From: Kiritimatiellales bacterium
Lineage (GTDB): Bacteria; Verrucomicrobiota; Kiritimatiellia; Kiritimatiellales; Tichowtungiaceae
DNA: 42,300 nt
Assembly (NCBI GenBank): GCA_041674365.1
Contig: JBAYVX010000001.1
Location: forward strand, 1-42,300
Direction: 5' to 3'
Below the pieces are notes generated by a model. The model was not told the DNA's origin. It ran no database searches and worked only from the letters and a program-made list of their open reading frames with translations. This document shows positions 28,611 through 37,812 of this stretch, one piece after another; the first letter of the stretch is position 1; each line of letters starts with the position of its first letter. Made by a program: the position numbers and the translations under genes.

Positions 28611-28677
28611 CTATCGACATGAACCGCGTTAATTTCAAAATAATGGGTGTAAATCTGAGTTTGTACCTGTTTAAGGG

Positions 28678-28706
28678 TTGAATGTGTTTTTGCTAAATGG
28701 TATAAT
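28678..28706 (+). promoter_or_regulatory. Sigma-A promoter (extended -10) for the replication operon
   Basis: TTGAAT, 17 bp spacer, TATAAT preceded by TGn. Confidence 0.75.
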
Positions 28707-28742
28707 AGACTTAAATCATCACCACGGAATGGAGGTGTGATA

Positions 28743-28928
28743 ATGAGGTGTGAAAACATCGAGGTTCGGATGAAGGTGCGGCGCGCTGGCATTACGCTAT
28801 GGGAGATAGCACGCGAGTTGGACGTATCGGAACCGACGCTTTACAGATGGTTGCGCGCAGACCTTGATCCAGACGTTCTGAGCAAGATCAACAAAGCAAT
28901 CGAGAAGCTGGACAAGTCGAAAAACTAG
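28743..28928 (+). CDS. Small HTH (Cro-like) regulator
   Basis: GITLWEIARELDVSEPTLYRWLR. Confidence 0.8.
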   Translation: MRCENIEVRMKVRRAGITLWEIARELDVSEPTLYRWLRADLDPDVLSKINKAIEKLDKSKN

Positions 28929-28946
28929 CGATACAGAGGTGAAATC

Positions 28947-29900
28947 ATGGCACGAAAGCGATTTATAAGTAGCGCGATGTCTACCGACGGTCGTATTGAG
29001 GAATTAGCCGAGAATAACGAAACCGTCGCGCTCATGTGGCCGTGGTTCATCACCGCGTTTGACGATTGGGGGCGATTGGACATAACGGACATCGGCGCAA
29101 TACGCCTTGAGGTGTTCCCTGCGTTTCCAGGCATCACGCGAAAGGCAGTTTCAGCGGCACTAGACGCATATTGTGGGATTGGTCTTTTGCATAAGTACAT
29201 AGTAGATGAACGCACATACGTATCGATAAGACCGGCAACATGGATGCGTTGGCAAAACTACTTGAAAAGCACAAAGCGGGCATCAACACAACCGCAGGTG
29301 CCACCACCTATGGATGCACCGTGGGGCCAGCAAGAAGAATGCGGTTTGATCGATTGGCTTACAAAGAGCGGGGAAACAAGGCAAGCAGACAATCCAGAAT
29401 GTCCGCAGACATTTGGAAACGTCCGCAGACAATCCCGATTGTCAGTACCTTCCCCTTCCCCTTCCCCTCCGGAGGTTACCAAAGAAAAAGAAGAACGCGT
29501 GCGCGATGCAAACGACCAGAACGAGGACGAAGCACCGGACCCGTTCAACGCATTCGGAGAAGTGCCACCAGACCTTCCGAAGCCTGACAGCCTTACTTTC
29601 TACATATCGAACTATCTTCCCGGCATGACAGCGGGGAATTGGGATCAACTTGCGGGGTTCCTGCGTGACGATGGCGTGGACGATCTGCTGGTGAAGTTTG
29701 CTATCGATGAAGCATGCGCGCAGAACAAGAGTACATGGGCATACGTTCGAAGCATTCTTGATCGGTGGGTCAAGGCGAAGATCACAACCATTGCCGGCGC
29801 GAGGGCTGAACAGGAACGATTCAAGGCCGGGAAACAGCGGAGCCAATCACAACCGAAGCCAACGAACCGACGCGGTCCGGACGAGAGTAAGTTTATTTAG
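28947..29900 (+). CDS. Replication initiator with C-terminal DnaD domain
   Basis: N-terminal MARKR...DDWGR (lambda-O-like wHTH type); C-terminal AIDEA...WAYVRSILDRW...ITTI (DnaD YxxxILxxW). Confidence 0.8.
   Translation: MARKRFISSAMSTDGRIEELAENNETVALMWPWFITAFDDWGRLDITDIGAIRLEVFPAFPGITRKAVSAALDAYCGIGLLHKYIVDERTYVSIRPATWMRWQNYLKSTKRASTQPQVPPPMDAPWGQQEECGLIDWLTKSGETRQADNPECPQTFGNVRRQSRLSVPSPSPSPPEVTKEKEERVRDANDQNEDEAPDPFNAFGEVPPDLPKPDSLTFYISNYLPGMTAGNWDQLAGFLRDDGVDDLLVKFAIDEACAQNKSTWAYVRSILDRWVKAKITTIAGARAEQERFKAGKQRSQSQPKPTNRRGPDESKFI
29381..29440 (+). repeat. Three 20-bp-period repeats inside the initiator gene; candidate origin iterons
   Basis: GCAAGCAGACAATCCAGAAT / GTCCGCAGACATTTGGAAAC / GTCCGCAGACAATCCCGATT. 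Confidence 0.55.
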
Positions 29901-29908
29901 GAGGGCAC

Positions 29909-30562
29909 ATGCTTGAACTAAACCGCCTGTATTGCATGGATTGCATGGAGGGCATGAAGCAGATACCGGACAAGTTTTTTGAGCTGGCTATTGTTGACCC
30001 GCCGTATGGGATTAAGATCAATTCAAGCGGGAGAGTAGGCCACTACGGAGGACGCGGGAAAAAGTGGGACAGCGAAACACCGCCAGAAGAGTATTTCAGC
30101 GAGATTGGTCGGGTGTCTCAGAATCAAATCGTATGGGGCGGGAACTACTTCGCATTGCCAAAGACACGATGCTTTTTGATATGGGACAAGATGCAGCCAC
30201 AAAACGTATCGTTTGCGTCATGCGAATATGCGTGGACAAGTTTTGACCAAAGCGCAAAGACGTTTTATATGCGCCCGCAAGGCGATCCCGACCGCATCCA
30301 CCCCACGCAAAAGCCCATTGCCCTGTACAAGTGGCTGCTGACAAACTACGCCAAACCCGGCGACAAGATACTCGATACCCACGTTGGCAGCGCATCCAGC
30401 CTGATTGCGTGCCATGAACTCGGATTTGACTACATGGGTTTTGAGATCGACGCGGACTATCACAAGGCGGCCAGCGAACGGCTCGACCGGGCGAAGCGAC
30501 AGGTGAACATATTCAGCGCGATTGATGCGCCGGAGCAGATCGGGATTGAGGTGAACACATGA
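29909..30562 (+). CDS. DNA methyltransferase, N6-adenine/N4-cytosine (beta class)
   Basis: DPPY, HPTQKP and ILDTHVGSASS; catalytic motif precedes the SAM-binding motif. Confidence 0.9.
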   Translation: MLELNRLYCMDCMEGMKQIPDKFFELAIVDPPYGIKINSSGRVGHYGGRGKKWDSETPPEEYFSEIGRVSQNQIVWGGNYFALPKTRCFLIWDKMQPQNVSFASCEYAWTSFDQSAKTFYMRPQGDPDRIHPTQKPIALYKWLLTNYAKPGDKILDTHVGSASSLIACHELGFDYMGFEIDADYHKAASERLDRAKRQVNIFSAIDAPEQIGIEVNT

Positions 30563-31890
30563 CCATCGACCAAACGAACCGCGTGCTATACAACCCCAGC
30601 GCGGAAGCGTCCATCATCGGCAGCATGGTCATGGACGAACGCACGCACAAGCACATCGGAGAGATCGACGCTCAGGATTTCGTTGACCCGATCAAACGCA
30701 GGTTGTTTGTGGCGATACGGGATTTGGCGGCGAACAAGAAAAAAGTCGATCTCATAACGCTGGACGACGCTACCGGGAACGACAACAAGATTGCCGTTGA
30801 GATTATGGACTGCATGCACGCCACGCCGACGAGCGCAAACATCAAGGGCTGGATCGCGTTGTTGAAGGACGCGTCCAGACGCCGTCGAGTGATGGAGATC
30901 GCCGATGGGCTGGCCGCGCAGGCTAACGACCGAGCAAACGACATGACCGCAGTCGTGGAGGGCGCGCGAGAAGCGCTGCGGGGCACATCGTACAGCAACC
31001 ACGCATGGATGGACATGTCGGCGCTGGTGACGCGCACGGTGGATTGGATCGAGCGACGCACCAAGGGCGGCGAGAAGCCGATTCAAAGCGGGATAGCAGA
31101 TATAGACCGAATCATTGGCGGGTTCTTCCCCGGGGAAATGACGGTCATCGGGGCGCGCCCGGGCGCTGGCAAGTCCCAGATGGGTATGAACATCGCAATG
31201 GCCGGGGCAAAGGCTGGGAAGAAAGTATGCTTTGTGTCACTTGAGATGATCGACGTGCAGTATGGGCAACGGGTGTTTTCCCGCGAGGCAATGGTAAACG
31301 GGATGCGCATTCGAAACGCACTGGTGGACGATGGCGAGTGGGAACGAATCATCGAGTGCATGGGGCCGCTGTCGAAGCTGCCCGCGTCGTTCCTGTTTGG
31401 CACGTACATGATCGAGGACATTATTTCCGAGGTGCAGCGCAAGGCCGACACGGACGGGATCGACATGCTGGTGGTTGACTATTTGCAGCTGGTAAGGTCG
31501 CGGCAACGTTTTGAATCCGACCGGCTCAGGGTGGCGAACACGGCGCACGTGCTCAAGCGCATGACCGAGGAGTTCAACATTCCAGTGATCGCGCTGGCAC
31601 AGGTGGGGCGCGATGCCGAAGGCGACATGCCGCAGAAGTCGGATTTGCGGGATTCAGGTGACATCGAGCAGGACGCGGACAACATCATTTTCATGCACAA
31701 GCCGCGCGATGCTGAGGACAAGTGGGTAAGCCCGAAGGATTGCGGGTGTTTTGATTCGATAAAGCAGGCGGGAAGCGAGTACGTGGTAATCAACGTGGAC
31801 AAGCAGCGACAGGGGCAAACCGGGTACGTGGGCGTGATTTCAGACGCGGCGCACATGCGGTATGTGGGGATCGACAGGACGGGGAGGTAG
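30559..31890 (+). CDS. dnaB: Replicative DnaB-family helicase
   Basis: GARPGAGKS (Walker A), SLEM, VVDYLQL, DLRDSGDIEQDAD, KQRQG. Confidence 0.95.
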   Translation: MTIDQTNRVLYNPSAEASIIGSMVMDERTHKHIGEIDAQDFVDPIKRRLFVAIRDLAANKKKVDLITLDDATGNDNKIAVEIMDCMHATPTSANIKGWIALLKDASRRRRVMEIADGLAAQANDRANDMTAVVEGAREALRGTSYSNHAWMDMSALVTRTVDWIERRTKGGEKPIQSGIADIDRIIGGFFPGEMTVIGARPGAGKSQMGMNIAMAGAKAGKKVCFVSLEMIDVQYGQRVFSREAMVNGMRIRNALVDDGEWERIIECMGPLSKLPASFLFGTYMIEDIISEVQRKADTDGIDMLVVDYLQLVRSRQRFESDRLRVANTAHVLKRMTEEFNIPVIALAQVGRDAEGDMPQKSDLRDSGDIEQDADNIIFMHKPRDAEDKWVSPKDCGCFDSIKQAGSEYVVINVDKQRQGQTGYVGVISDAAHMRYVGIDRTGR

Positions 31891-31893
31891 AGC

Positions 31894-32394
31894 ATGAACA
31901 AGACCAAAATAGATTGGTGCGAATGCGCTTGTGGATGCGGAAAGCTGATACGACCCATTGATGATCGAGGAAGAAAGATAAGCTATGCAAAAGGCCACAG
32001 GCCAAGCTACGGGCATCACGACATGCGAGGGTATAAGTGGGTTCAGATTCCCGGAACTGGTGTAAAAATTCAAGAGCATCGGTATGTTATGCAAAACGCT
32101 CTAGGCCGGAGATTGGAAATTGATGAGGTTGTGCATCACATCAATGGGATAAAGGATGATAACCGTTTAGAAAACTTGGTGCTTCTTAAAACGGAGAAGC
32201 ACAATCACTTTCACAGGCCGCCGAAAGAATATGGGAATGAACTTGTCGAATGCGAGTGCGGTTGCGGTGTGCTATTCGCTAAATATGATGAACGTGGACG
32301 GATTAGAAGATATGCATCACCATCACATGCTTGGAAGAAACCGCATGGCAGAGGAAATCCAAATAGGAGGTCGAAACAATGTCAACACGGATAG
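31894..32394 (+). CDS. HNH homing endonuclease with two C.CGCG repeats
   Basis: EHRYVM...VVHHING.KDDNRLENL; CACGCG and CECGCG; AT-richer than its flanks. Confidence 0.88.
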   Translation: MNKTKIDWCECACGCGKLIRPIDDRGRKISYAKGHRPSYGHHDMRGYKWVQIPGTGVKIQEHRYVMQNALGRRLEIDEVVHHINGIKDDNRLENLVLLKTEKHNHFHRPPKEYGNELVECECGCGVLFAKYDERGRIRRYASPSHAWKKPHGRGNPNRRSKQCQHG

Positions 32395-33074
32395 ATTGGT
32401 GTGACGAGACGGTTAATCCACTTGGTCACTGGTGCTTTGGACCCGGGGGAACAGCAGAGAATCCGAAGCCGTGTGTGTACTGCTATGCAAAGAGGATGGC
32501 TATGCGCGGAATGAATGGGTGCGAGAAATGTAAACAGTTTAACGTACCGCATACGCATTTTGATCAACTGGATAAGCTTCTAAAGTGGAAGACACCAAAG
32601 ACAATATTTGTTCAGAGCATGGGAGACCTTTTTCACGAAGAGGTGCCGGATAGTTGGATTCGACAGGTGTTTGATGCTTGCGAAGCAGCGCCGCAACATC
32701 GGTATTTGTTCCTGACGAAGAACACGAAGCGGTACACCGAACTGCTACAAGGGTACATGCCGCGCAATATGTGGTTTGGTTGGTCGCAAGATGGGCCAAT
32801 GGGCGACGCAATGAGGTTTAACACACACCATTCGGTTCAGACGTTCGTCAGCATTGAACCGATCCTGCGCCCGTTTGAAAGATTTGGGATTACCGGAATT
32901 GATTGGGCTATCGTCGGCGCTGAAACCGGAAACCGGAAAGGCAAGGTTATACCGGGAAAAGCATGGGTGGATGACATTGCTGCGGCGTGCGCGGAGAATG
33001 GCGTGCCGCTTTTCATGAAAGAATCATTGCGCGGCCTGATGGGCGAGGATTTTGTGCAAGAATTTCCGTGGTAA
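32379..33074 (+). CDS. DUF5131 (phage Gp37/Gp68-like) protein
   Basis: IDWCD.T.NP..., C.YCYA, IFVQSMGDLF, FLTKN, SIEP, W.IVGAETG, P.FMK. Confidence 0.9.
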   Translation: MSTRIDWCDETVNPLGHWCFGPGGTAENPKPCVYCYAKRMAMRGMNGCEKCKQFNVPHTHFDQLDKLLKWKTPKTIFVQSMGDLFHEEVPDSWIRQVFDACEAAPQHRYLFLTKNTKRYTELLQGYMPRNMWFGWSQDGPMGDAMRFNTHHSVQTFVSIEPILRPFERFGITGIDWAIVGAETGNRKGKVIPGKAWVDDIAAACAENGVPLFMKESLRGLMGEDFVQEFPW

Positions 33075-33203
33075 ACGCGCAGACCGTCGCTAGGCTGCCC
33101 GTGGCCTCCTGACAGCGCGTCCACGGCCACGGTCGATAGATTGTAAGGGTACGACGGCGGGATGGTGTACGGGGCGAATACGGGGCGATATGGAGGGGTA
33201 ACG

Positions 33204-33533
33204 ATGGCTGACTTGATTGATCGCGGGGTATTGCTTAGCGAGCTGAATACTTGCAGCGCGTGTTACTACGGCGACAGCGCGCACATTGGGGATGTGATGG
33301 AAGTGGTGCGCGACATGCCGACCGTTGATGCCGTTGAAGTGGTGCGATGCCATGAATGCCGGTACTCACTTCGAATCCCGGTAAAGCATAGCGGACGCAT
33401 CGACGCCGGGGAAATGATGGCGTGCAGGCTAGGACGTGGCGAAAACGATGCTATAAGTCATTTGGACATTGTACCATATGACGGATACTGCGACGCAGGA
33501 GAGCGCAAGGAGGGTAACGATGCGGCTGATTGA
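33204..33533 (+). CDS. Hypothetical protein (PTVDAVEVVRC..C family)
   Basis: GGAGG RBS; recurrent Clostridia-phage small-gene motif. Confidence 0.6.
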   Translation: MADLIDRGVLLSELNTCSACYYGDSAHIGDVMEVVRDMPTVDAVEVVRCHECRYSLRIPVKHSGRIDAGEMMACRLGRGENDAISHLDIVPYDGYCDAGERKEGNDAAD

Positions 33534-33789
33534 TGCGGATAAGCTGCCAATGTACGAAGTGTACAAGGACGACATAGACGCCGCCCCGACCGTTGACGCC
33601 GAGGTTGTGCGACATGGTAGATGGGTGCGTACAACAACCAATCCTGGAATTAAATCATGCTATGGATACGTTCACGACGCGTGCAGTTTTTGCGGGAGCG
33701 AGGATCTGTTTATACCGAAATATTGCTCAAATTGCGGCGCGAAGATGGATTTACAGGAGGGCGAAACAAATGATCAGGCTGGGCAATGA
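33520..33789 (+). CDS. Hypothetical protein (MRLIDAD...APTVDA...HGRW...CS.CG...YC.NCGAKMD family)
   Basis: AAGGAGG RBS; Zn-ribbon C-terminus. Confidence 0.65.
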   Translation: MRLIDADKLPMYEVYKDDIDAAPTVDAEVVRHGRWVRTTTNPGIKSCYGYVHDACSFCGSEDLFIPKYCSNCGAKMDLQEGETNDQAGQ

Positions 33790-34072
33790 ATACGGCATCA
33801 CGGCAGATGGGAACGGGTACGCGGTGGAACAGATCAGGGTGACGGGCCCGGAGAGCAAGGAACCGGGCAAGGAGTACACCACGCCGATTTCGTACCATGC
33901 GACGGTAGACAAGTGCATTAAGGCGATCATCGGCAGGATGTGCCGGGGCGCGGTGGCCGAATGTGACATGACGCTGGGCGAAGCGGCTGAGAAGTTCCGC
34001 GAGATCGAGGAACGGGTCTACGAGTGGGCGAAGATCGGGGAGGGCGAGCGCAATGACAAACGCGCAGATTAA
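33770..34072 (+). CDS. Hypothetical protein
   Basis: AGGAGG RBS; overlap-coupled. Confidence 0.55.
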   Translation: MIRLGNEYGITADGNGYAVEQIRVTGPESKEPGKEYTTPISYHATVDKCIKAIIGRMCRGAVAECDMTLGEAAEKFREIEERVYEWAKIGEGERNDKRAD

Positions 34073-34658
34073 GGAAATTCGGGAGCGGTGCGAGGTGGCA
34101 ACGCCGGGGCCGTGGGTTGAGGATGGGTACGGCGACATGATCCGCAGCGATAATCCTTATGGATGCGGATCGATGCGTGTAGCCGACATACGCGGCTGGG
34201 GGCATCTTACGGGCAAAGGCGCATGCGCGATGGAGGATGGGCCGGCCATGGCGATTCAGCACGCAAACGCGCAATTCATCGCTTCCGCGCGACAGGACGT
34301 TCCCGCCCTGCTGCACGAACTCGAACGCCTGCGGGCGGACAATGAGGCGTTGCGCAATGGTGGGCATTTCGACGCTTTGGAGATGGCAAAGATCGCAGGG
34401 GTTGGAACAGAGAACGAACGTCTGCGCATGGAGCTGGAGGCGGTGAAGCGGGAGCGGGATGCGGTCAACAATCGGACAAGCGATGCGCTGCAAGTGCTAG
34501 ATGCGGTCAACGAACAAGGCGAAATCCAGTATAGCGATTATACCGAAATGTACGACGCTATCAATGCAATATATCCATGTCCAGTCACCGAGAACACGCC
34601 CGCGCAGGAGATGGGCGCGCCGGGCAATGAACCGCTGGGAGGCGGGGAGAATGGATAG
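34053..34658 (+). CDS. Ead/Ea22-like protein
   Basis: IRERC..ATPGPW...NAQFIASARQDVPALL.EL.RL. Confidence 0.65.
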   Translation: MTNAQIKEIRERCEVATPGPWVEDGYGDMIRSDNPYGCGSMRVADIRGWGHLTGKGACAMEDGPAMAIQHANAQFIASARQDVPALLHELERLRADNEALRNGGHFDALEMAKIAGVGTENERLRMELEAVKRERDAVNNRTSDALQVLDAVNEQGEIQYSDYTEMYDAINAIYPCPVTENTPAQEMGAPGNEPLGGGENG

Positions 34659-34869
34659 GCTCAATCGCATGTGCGTTGATTGCACAGCGCGCGGGAAAAG
34701 CTGTAACGGAACCGCCTGTACAACATGGACCGGATGCGTATATCGCAAGGCGAGTGCGAGTTATGAAAGTAGTGTTATCCCAATTATGTCAATCGAAGAC
34801 TTGATGGAAAAGGGCGTATTGATAAGCGCAATCATATCGCACGCGGGAGATGGGGAGAAGGAGGGATAA
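34651..34869 (+). CDS. Small Cys-rich hypothetical protein
   Basis: CVDC...C.GT.C..WTGCVY. Confidence 0.5.
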   Translation: MDRLNRMCVDCTARGKSCNGTACTTWTGCVYRKASASYESSVIPIMSIEDLMEKGVLISAIISHAGDGEKEG

Positions 34870-34870
34870 C

Positions 34871-35161
34871 ATGAATATATATGTGATCACGGCGGCGCTT
34901 GCCGAACTCGCCGCGCTGAAAGCCGACATGGAGGCGGGGCGGTTGGTGCGGGTGGGGTCGAACAGGGCGCTTACGCTGGAAGAACTCGACGCTTTAGAAG
35001 AACCGACGCCGGTATATGTAAAACATCGGTATGGCGCATGGCAACAAGACGGATGGCACATTTGGAGTCCGTTTGCGGAAGACCGCGATTGTGAACTGTA
35101 CGATACGCAGAACTATGGCATCACATGGGAAGCGTGGATCCGTCGCCCGACCGACGAGTAA
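34871..35161 (+). CDS. Hypothetical protein
   Basis: AAGGAGG RBS; LTLEEL...YGITW.AW.RRP motif. Confidence 0.6.
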   Translation: MNIYVITAALAELAALKADMEAGRLVRVGSNRALTLEELDALEEPTPVYVKHRYGAWQQDGWHIWSPFAEDRDCELYDTQNYGITWEAWIRRPTDE

Positions 35162-35212
35162 CGCGCGGCGGCGAAGTGGGAATGACACTACGGCGTACAA
35201 AGGAGGCAGAGA

Positions 35213-35635
35213 ATGAGAACTATCACATTCACCGTACCCGGCCCGCCGCGGGGCAAGGGTAGGCCGAAGTTTGCAAGGAGAGGGCAGTTTGTCAGCACGT
35301 ACACGGACGCGAAAACAGAAGCGTATGAATCGCTGGTGCGGATCGCATACGCGCAAGAGGCTAATGGCGCAGAACCACTGACCGGAGAAGCACACATCGA
35401 AGTTATCGCATACATGCCGGTCGCCGCAAGCCTATCAAACAAGCGCAAGCTGGCGCTGTGCGGATGTGGGCACACGAAGAAGCCCGACATTGACAACGTA
35501 CTTAAAGCCGTGATGGATGGGCTGAATGGCGTGGCGTTCCGTGATGATGCACAGATAAGCCACATATCTGCAAGCAAGTATTACGACGCAGTTCCGAGGC
35601 TGGTGGTGGAGATTACTGAGGTACGGGAGGTGTGA
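35213..35635 (+). CDS. rusA: RusA Holliday junction resolvase
   Basis: PGPPRGKGRPKF, KKPDIDNVLKAVMDGLNGVAFRDDAQI. Confidence 0.93.
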   Translation: MRTITFTVPGPPRGKGRPKFARRGQFVSTYTDAKTEAYESLVRIAYAQEANGAEPLTGEAHIEVIAYMPVAASLSNKRKLALCGCGHTKKPDIDNVLKAVMDGLNGVAFRDDAQISHISASKYYDAVPRLVVEITEVREV

Positions 35636-35910
35636 CCATGGTGCCGTGGGGATGGGTGGTAGTGATTGCGATATTGTCCGGGTCGTTTGGAATGATCTGC
35701 ATGGCGATGCTGGCGGTGGGTGGGGATGCGGAAGAGCACGAAACGGCTGAAAGGCGTATTTACACGCTTCGAAAGGATTTTGCGGAGCAGGCGAAGGCGC
35801 TGCTTAGACTGAATTTTGAGCGTGCCGTAGTTGATAGACGGTTGCACGACATGCGCGCAGAACGGCGATTGCTGCGCGGCATGGCGCTGGGGGATGGGGA
35901 GGACGTATAA
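35632..35910 (+). CDS. Hypothetical membrane-anchored protein
   Basis: GTGA overlap; N-terminal TM helix. Confidence 0.5.
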   Translation: MTMVPWGWVVVIAILSGSFGMICMAMLAVGGDAEEHETAERRIYTLRKDFAEQAKALLRLNFERAVVDRRLHDMRAERRLLRGMALGDGEDV

Positions 35911-35941
35911 AGGCGGCTTGGAATACGAAAGGATGATAAGA

Positions 35942-36301
35942 ATGGATTCCGATACGCGGGTTAATGATAGTGCGCGGTGCGCAAACTGCAAGCACCTTCA
36001 GATCGTAAATAGCGAACCGGTATACGCAAAGTGTTTGATCGAAGAACTTACGTTCTATCTTTGGAAAAGCGACACGCGCGCGCACTGGTGCGAACGCTGG
36101 GAGAAGCGTAAGACGATGCTCGATGATTTCTTGGAGAAATATCCCAATGCGCAGTTGTGGGTAGATGGTACGCCAAAGGTGTGTGCTGGCGTTTTGTATG
36201 CAAACAAAAAGCCATTGTGTAACGGCGAAAGGTGTGTTGACTGTTGGAATAAGCCATTAGACATGTGGCACAAAGAAAAGCCGCCCGTAGGCGGCGAGTA
36301 G
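35942..36301 (+). CDS. Cys-rich hypothetical protein
   Basis: GAAAGGA RBS; KT.L.DFLEKYPNA...G.P..C...C..CWN.P motif. Confidence 0.55.
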   Translation: MDSDTRVNDSARCANCKHLQIVNSEPVYAKCLIEELTFYLWKSDTRAHWCERWEKRKTMLDDFLEKYPNAQLWVDGTPKVCAGVLYANKKPLCNGERCVDCWNKPLDMWHKEKPPVGGE

Positions 36302-36487
36302 TTAGATCAGGCGTTCCATTGGACAGCGGAGGGCTTTGGACAGTTTCAGCAGGTTTTGAGCGCTGGGCTGCCCGATGCCCTTTTCCCATTTGAACAGGGA
36401 CTGCGGGTAGATGCCGAGTTTCCGGGCAAGTTCCGCTTGGGTAAGCCCCTGGCTTTCGCGCACGGCTACGATTTTAGATGTCGGCAT
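36302..36487 (-). CDS. XRE-family HTH regulator
   Basis: RESQGLTQAELARKLGI.PQSL.KWEKG...PS..NLLKLSKAL. Confidence 0.9.
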   Translation of the reverse strand: MPTSKIVAVRESQGLTQAELARKLGIYPQSLFKWEKGIGQPSAQNLLKLSKALRCPMERLI

Positions 36488-36681
36488 GGGCGTACTCCTT
36501 TCGTTCGTATGCGGTCGAGTTCCTCGCGGATGGCTTTCAATTCTGGTTCGAACGTGGCTTTGAAAACTTGCACAGCAATGCGGGATTCGTGCATACAGCG
36601 GTTGCCGATGGCGGTGATCGCGTTGAGGTTGGACACCAGCCCGGCGACGTAGACGCGGATGCCGTTGTCGGTGTTACGCAC
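36466..36681 (-). CDS. Hypothetical protein (GTG start, MRNTDNG...)
   Basis: GAAAGGAG RBS before the GTG at 36681. Confidence 0.5.
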   Translation of the reverse strand: MRNTDNGIRVYVAGLVSNLNAITAIGNRCMHESRIAVQVFKATFEPELKAIREELDRIRTKGVRPCRHLKS

Positions 36682-36853
36682 TGGCTTCGCTCCTTTCGAC
36701 CAGAAGGTCGATTTTGTCTTTGATCTCCCGGATGCCGTACCACATAGGCAGGTCAATCCGGGATTGGTCGGTATTGGGTTCGGTCGAGTAAATGTATGGG
36801 TAGGATTGGGCGTCAAAATCGATGGCATAGCCGCGATAGGGGATGCGCTTCAA
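36674..36853 (-). CDS. Hypothetical protein (TTG start, MKRIPYRGY...)
   Basis: GAAAGGA RBS before the TTG at 36853. Confidence 0.5.
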   Translation of the reverse strand: MKRIPYRGYAIDFDAQSYPYIYSTEPNTDQSRIDLPMWYGIREIKDKIDLLVERSEASA

Positions 36854-36866
36854 TGGTGGTATCCTT

Positions 36867-37094
36867 TCACAGTTCAATTTCGGTTGGCGTGGTGGTGTCC
36901 CAACATGCGCCGGGAAATTCGCCATCTTCGTAGGCTTGCCAGTCAAAGCCGTCGGCGTAGTCGGGGCGGGTGTAGGAACCGGGCGCGTTGAGGTTGAGGG
37001 CGTGCCTGTCGGGGGACGTTGCAAGAATGGCCTCGGTGCCATTGATTACTGCGCACAGCAGATACAGGCCGGACTTGTATAGGGGCTTGCTCAT
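36867..37094 (-). CDS. Hypothetical protein (MSKPLYK...)
   Basis: AAGGAG RBS. Confidence 0.55.
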   Translation of the reverse strand: MSKPLYKSGLYLLCAVINGTEAILATSPDRHALNLNAPGSYTRPDYADGFDWQAYEDGEFPGACWDTTTPTEIEL

Positions 37095-37141
37095 GGGTAT
37101 CTCCTTCTCCCGGTCTATCGCCCGGCCGGGAGGGCGGTGGG

Positions 37142-37795
37142 TCAGGCGTCCAGCCAGGCGTCCAGCTTGCGTTCGACGCGGTAGGCGGCATATTCTGCGG
37201 CGGTCATAAACTGCGCGGTCGTGTAGCTGCCTTGCCATTGCGACCGATAGATCATCAGGAATTTGTCATCACCTAGTTTCACGACATAGTGATGGATGCC
37301 GTTGCTGCCGGAAGTGAAATTCGAACCGTCCCATTCGTCAAGGCATTCCTCATCGTTTTCGTCGTACTCAACGGCGATAACGTCGGTGCCCGGCTCTTGC
37401 AGGTCGGGGCGGTAGACGTACTTCCAGTTGGAACCATCCCACCACTCTAGGACTAACTCGGTATCGAAATCGTCCTCGTTCAAGAATTCCCCATCACAGA
37501 AAACGATGCGCCCGGAAGGGGAGTGCCATTCGTCGGAATAGGCGGTATACTCGATGCCGTTGCCATCCAGAAACTCGGTGATGTCGGCGCGCTCACCCTC
37601 GTCGCGGCAGGCGCCGACGTATTCGGAATATCGGCGGTTCCAGTCGCCGACATCCTCGCGCGTAGCCTGCATGTCCAGCGCGTAGATAGGATAGTCACCA
37701 AAAGACGATACCATGGATTCGGCCTCGGACAGATCGACCAGGCGGCCCTCTGATTCGTTTTCGTTGTTGATCCAGATTTCGTAAGATTTCTTCAT
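37142..37795 (-). CDS. Highly acidic hypothetical early protein
   Basis: AAGGAGG RBS; Asp/Glu- and aromatic-rich; WDGSN repeated. Confidence 0.65.
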   Translation of the reverse strand: MKKSYEIWINNENESEGRLVDLSEAESMVSSFGDYPIYALDMQATREDVGDWNRRYSEYVGACRDEGERADITEFLDGNGIEYTAYSDEWHSPSGRIVFCDGEFLNEDDFDTELVLEWWDGSNWKYVYRPDLQEPGTDVIAVEYDENDEECLDEWDGSNFTSGSNGIHHYVVKLGDDKFLMIYRSQWQGSYTTAQFMTAAEYAAYRVERKLDAWLDA

Positions 37796-37812
37796 GGGGC
37801 ATCCTCCTTCAA

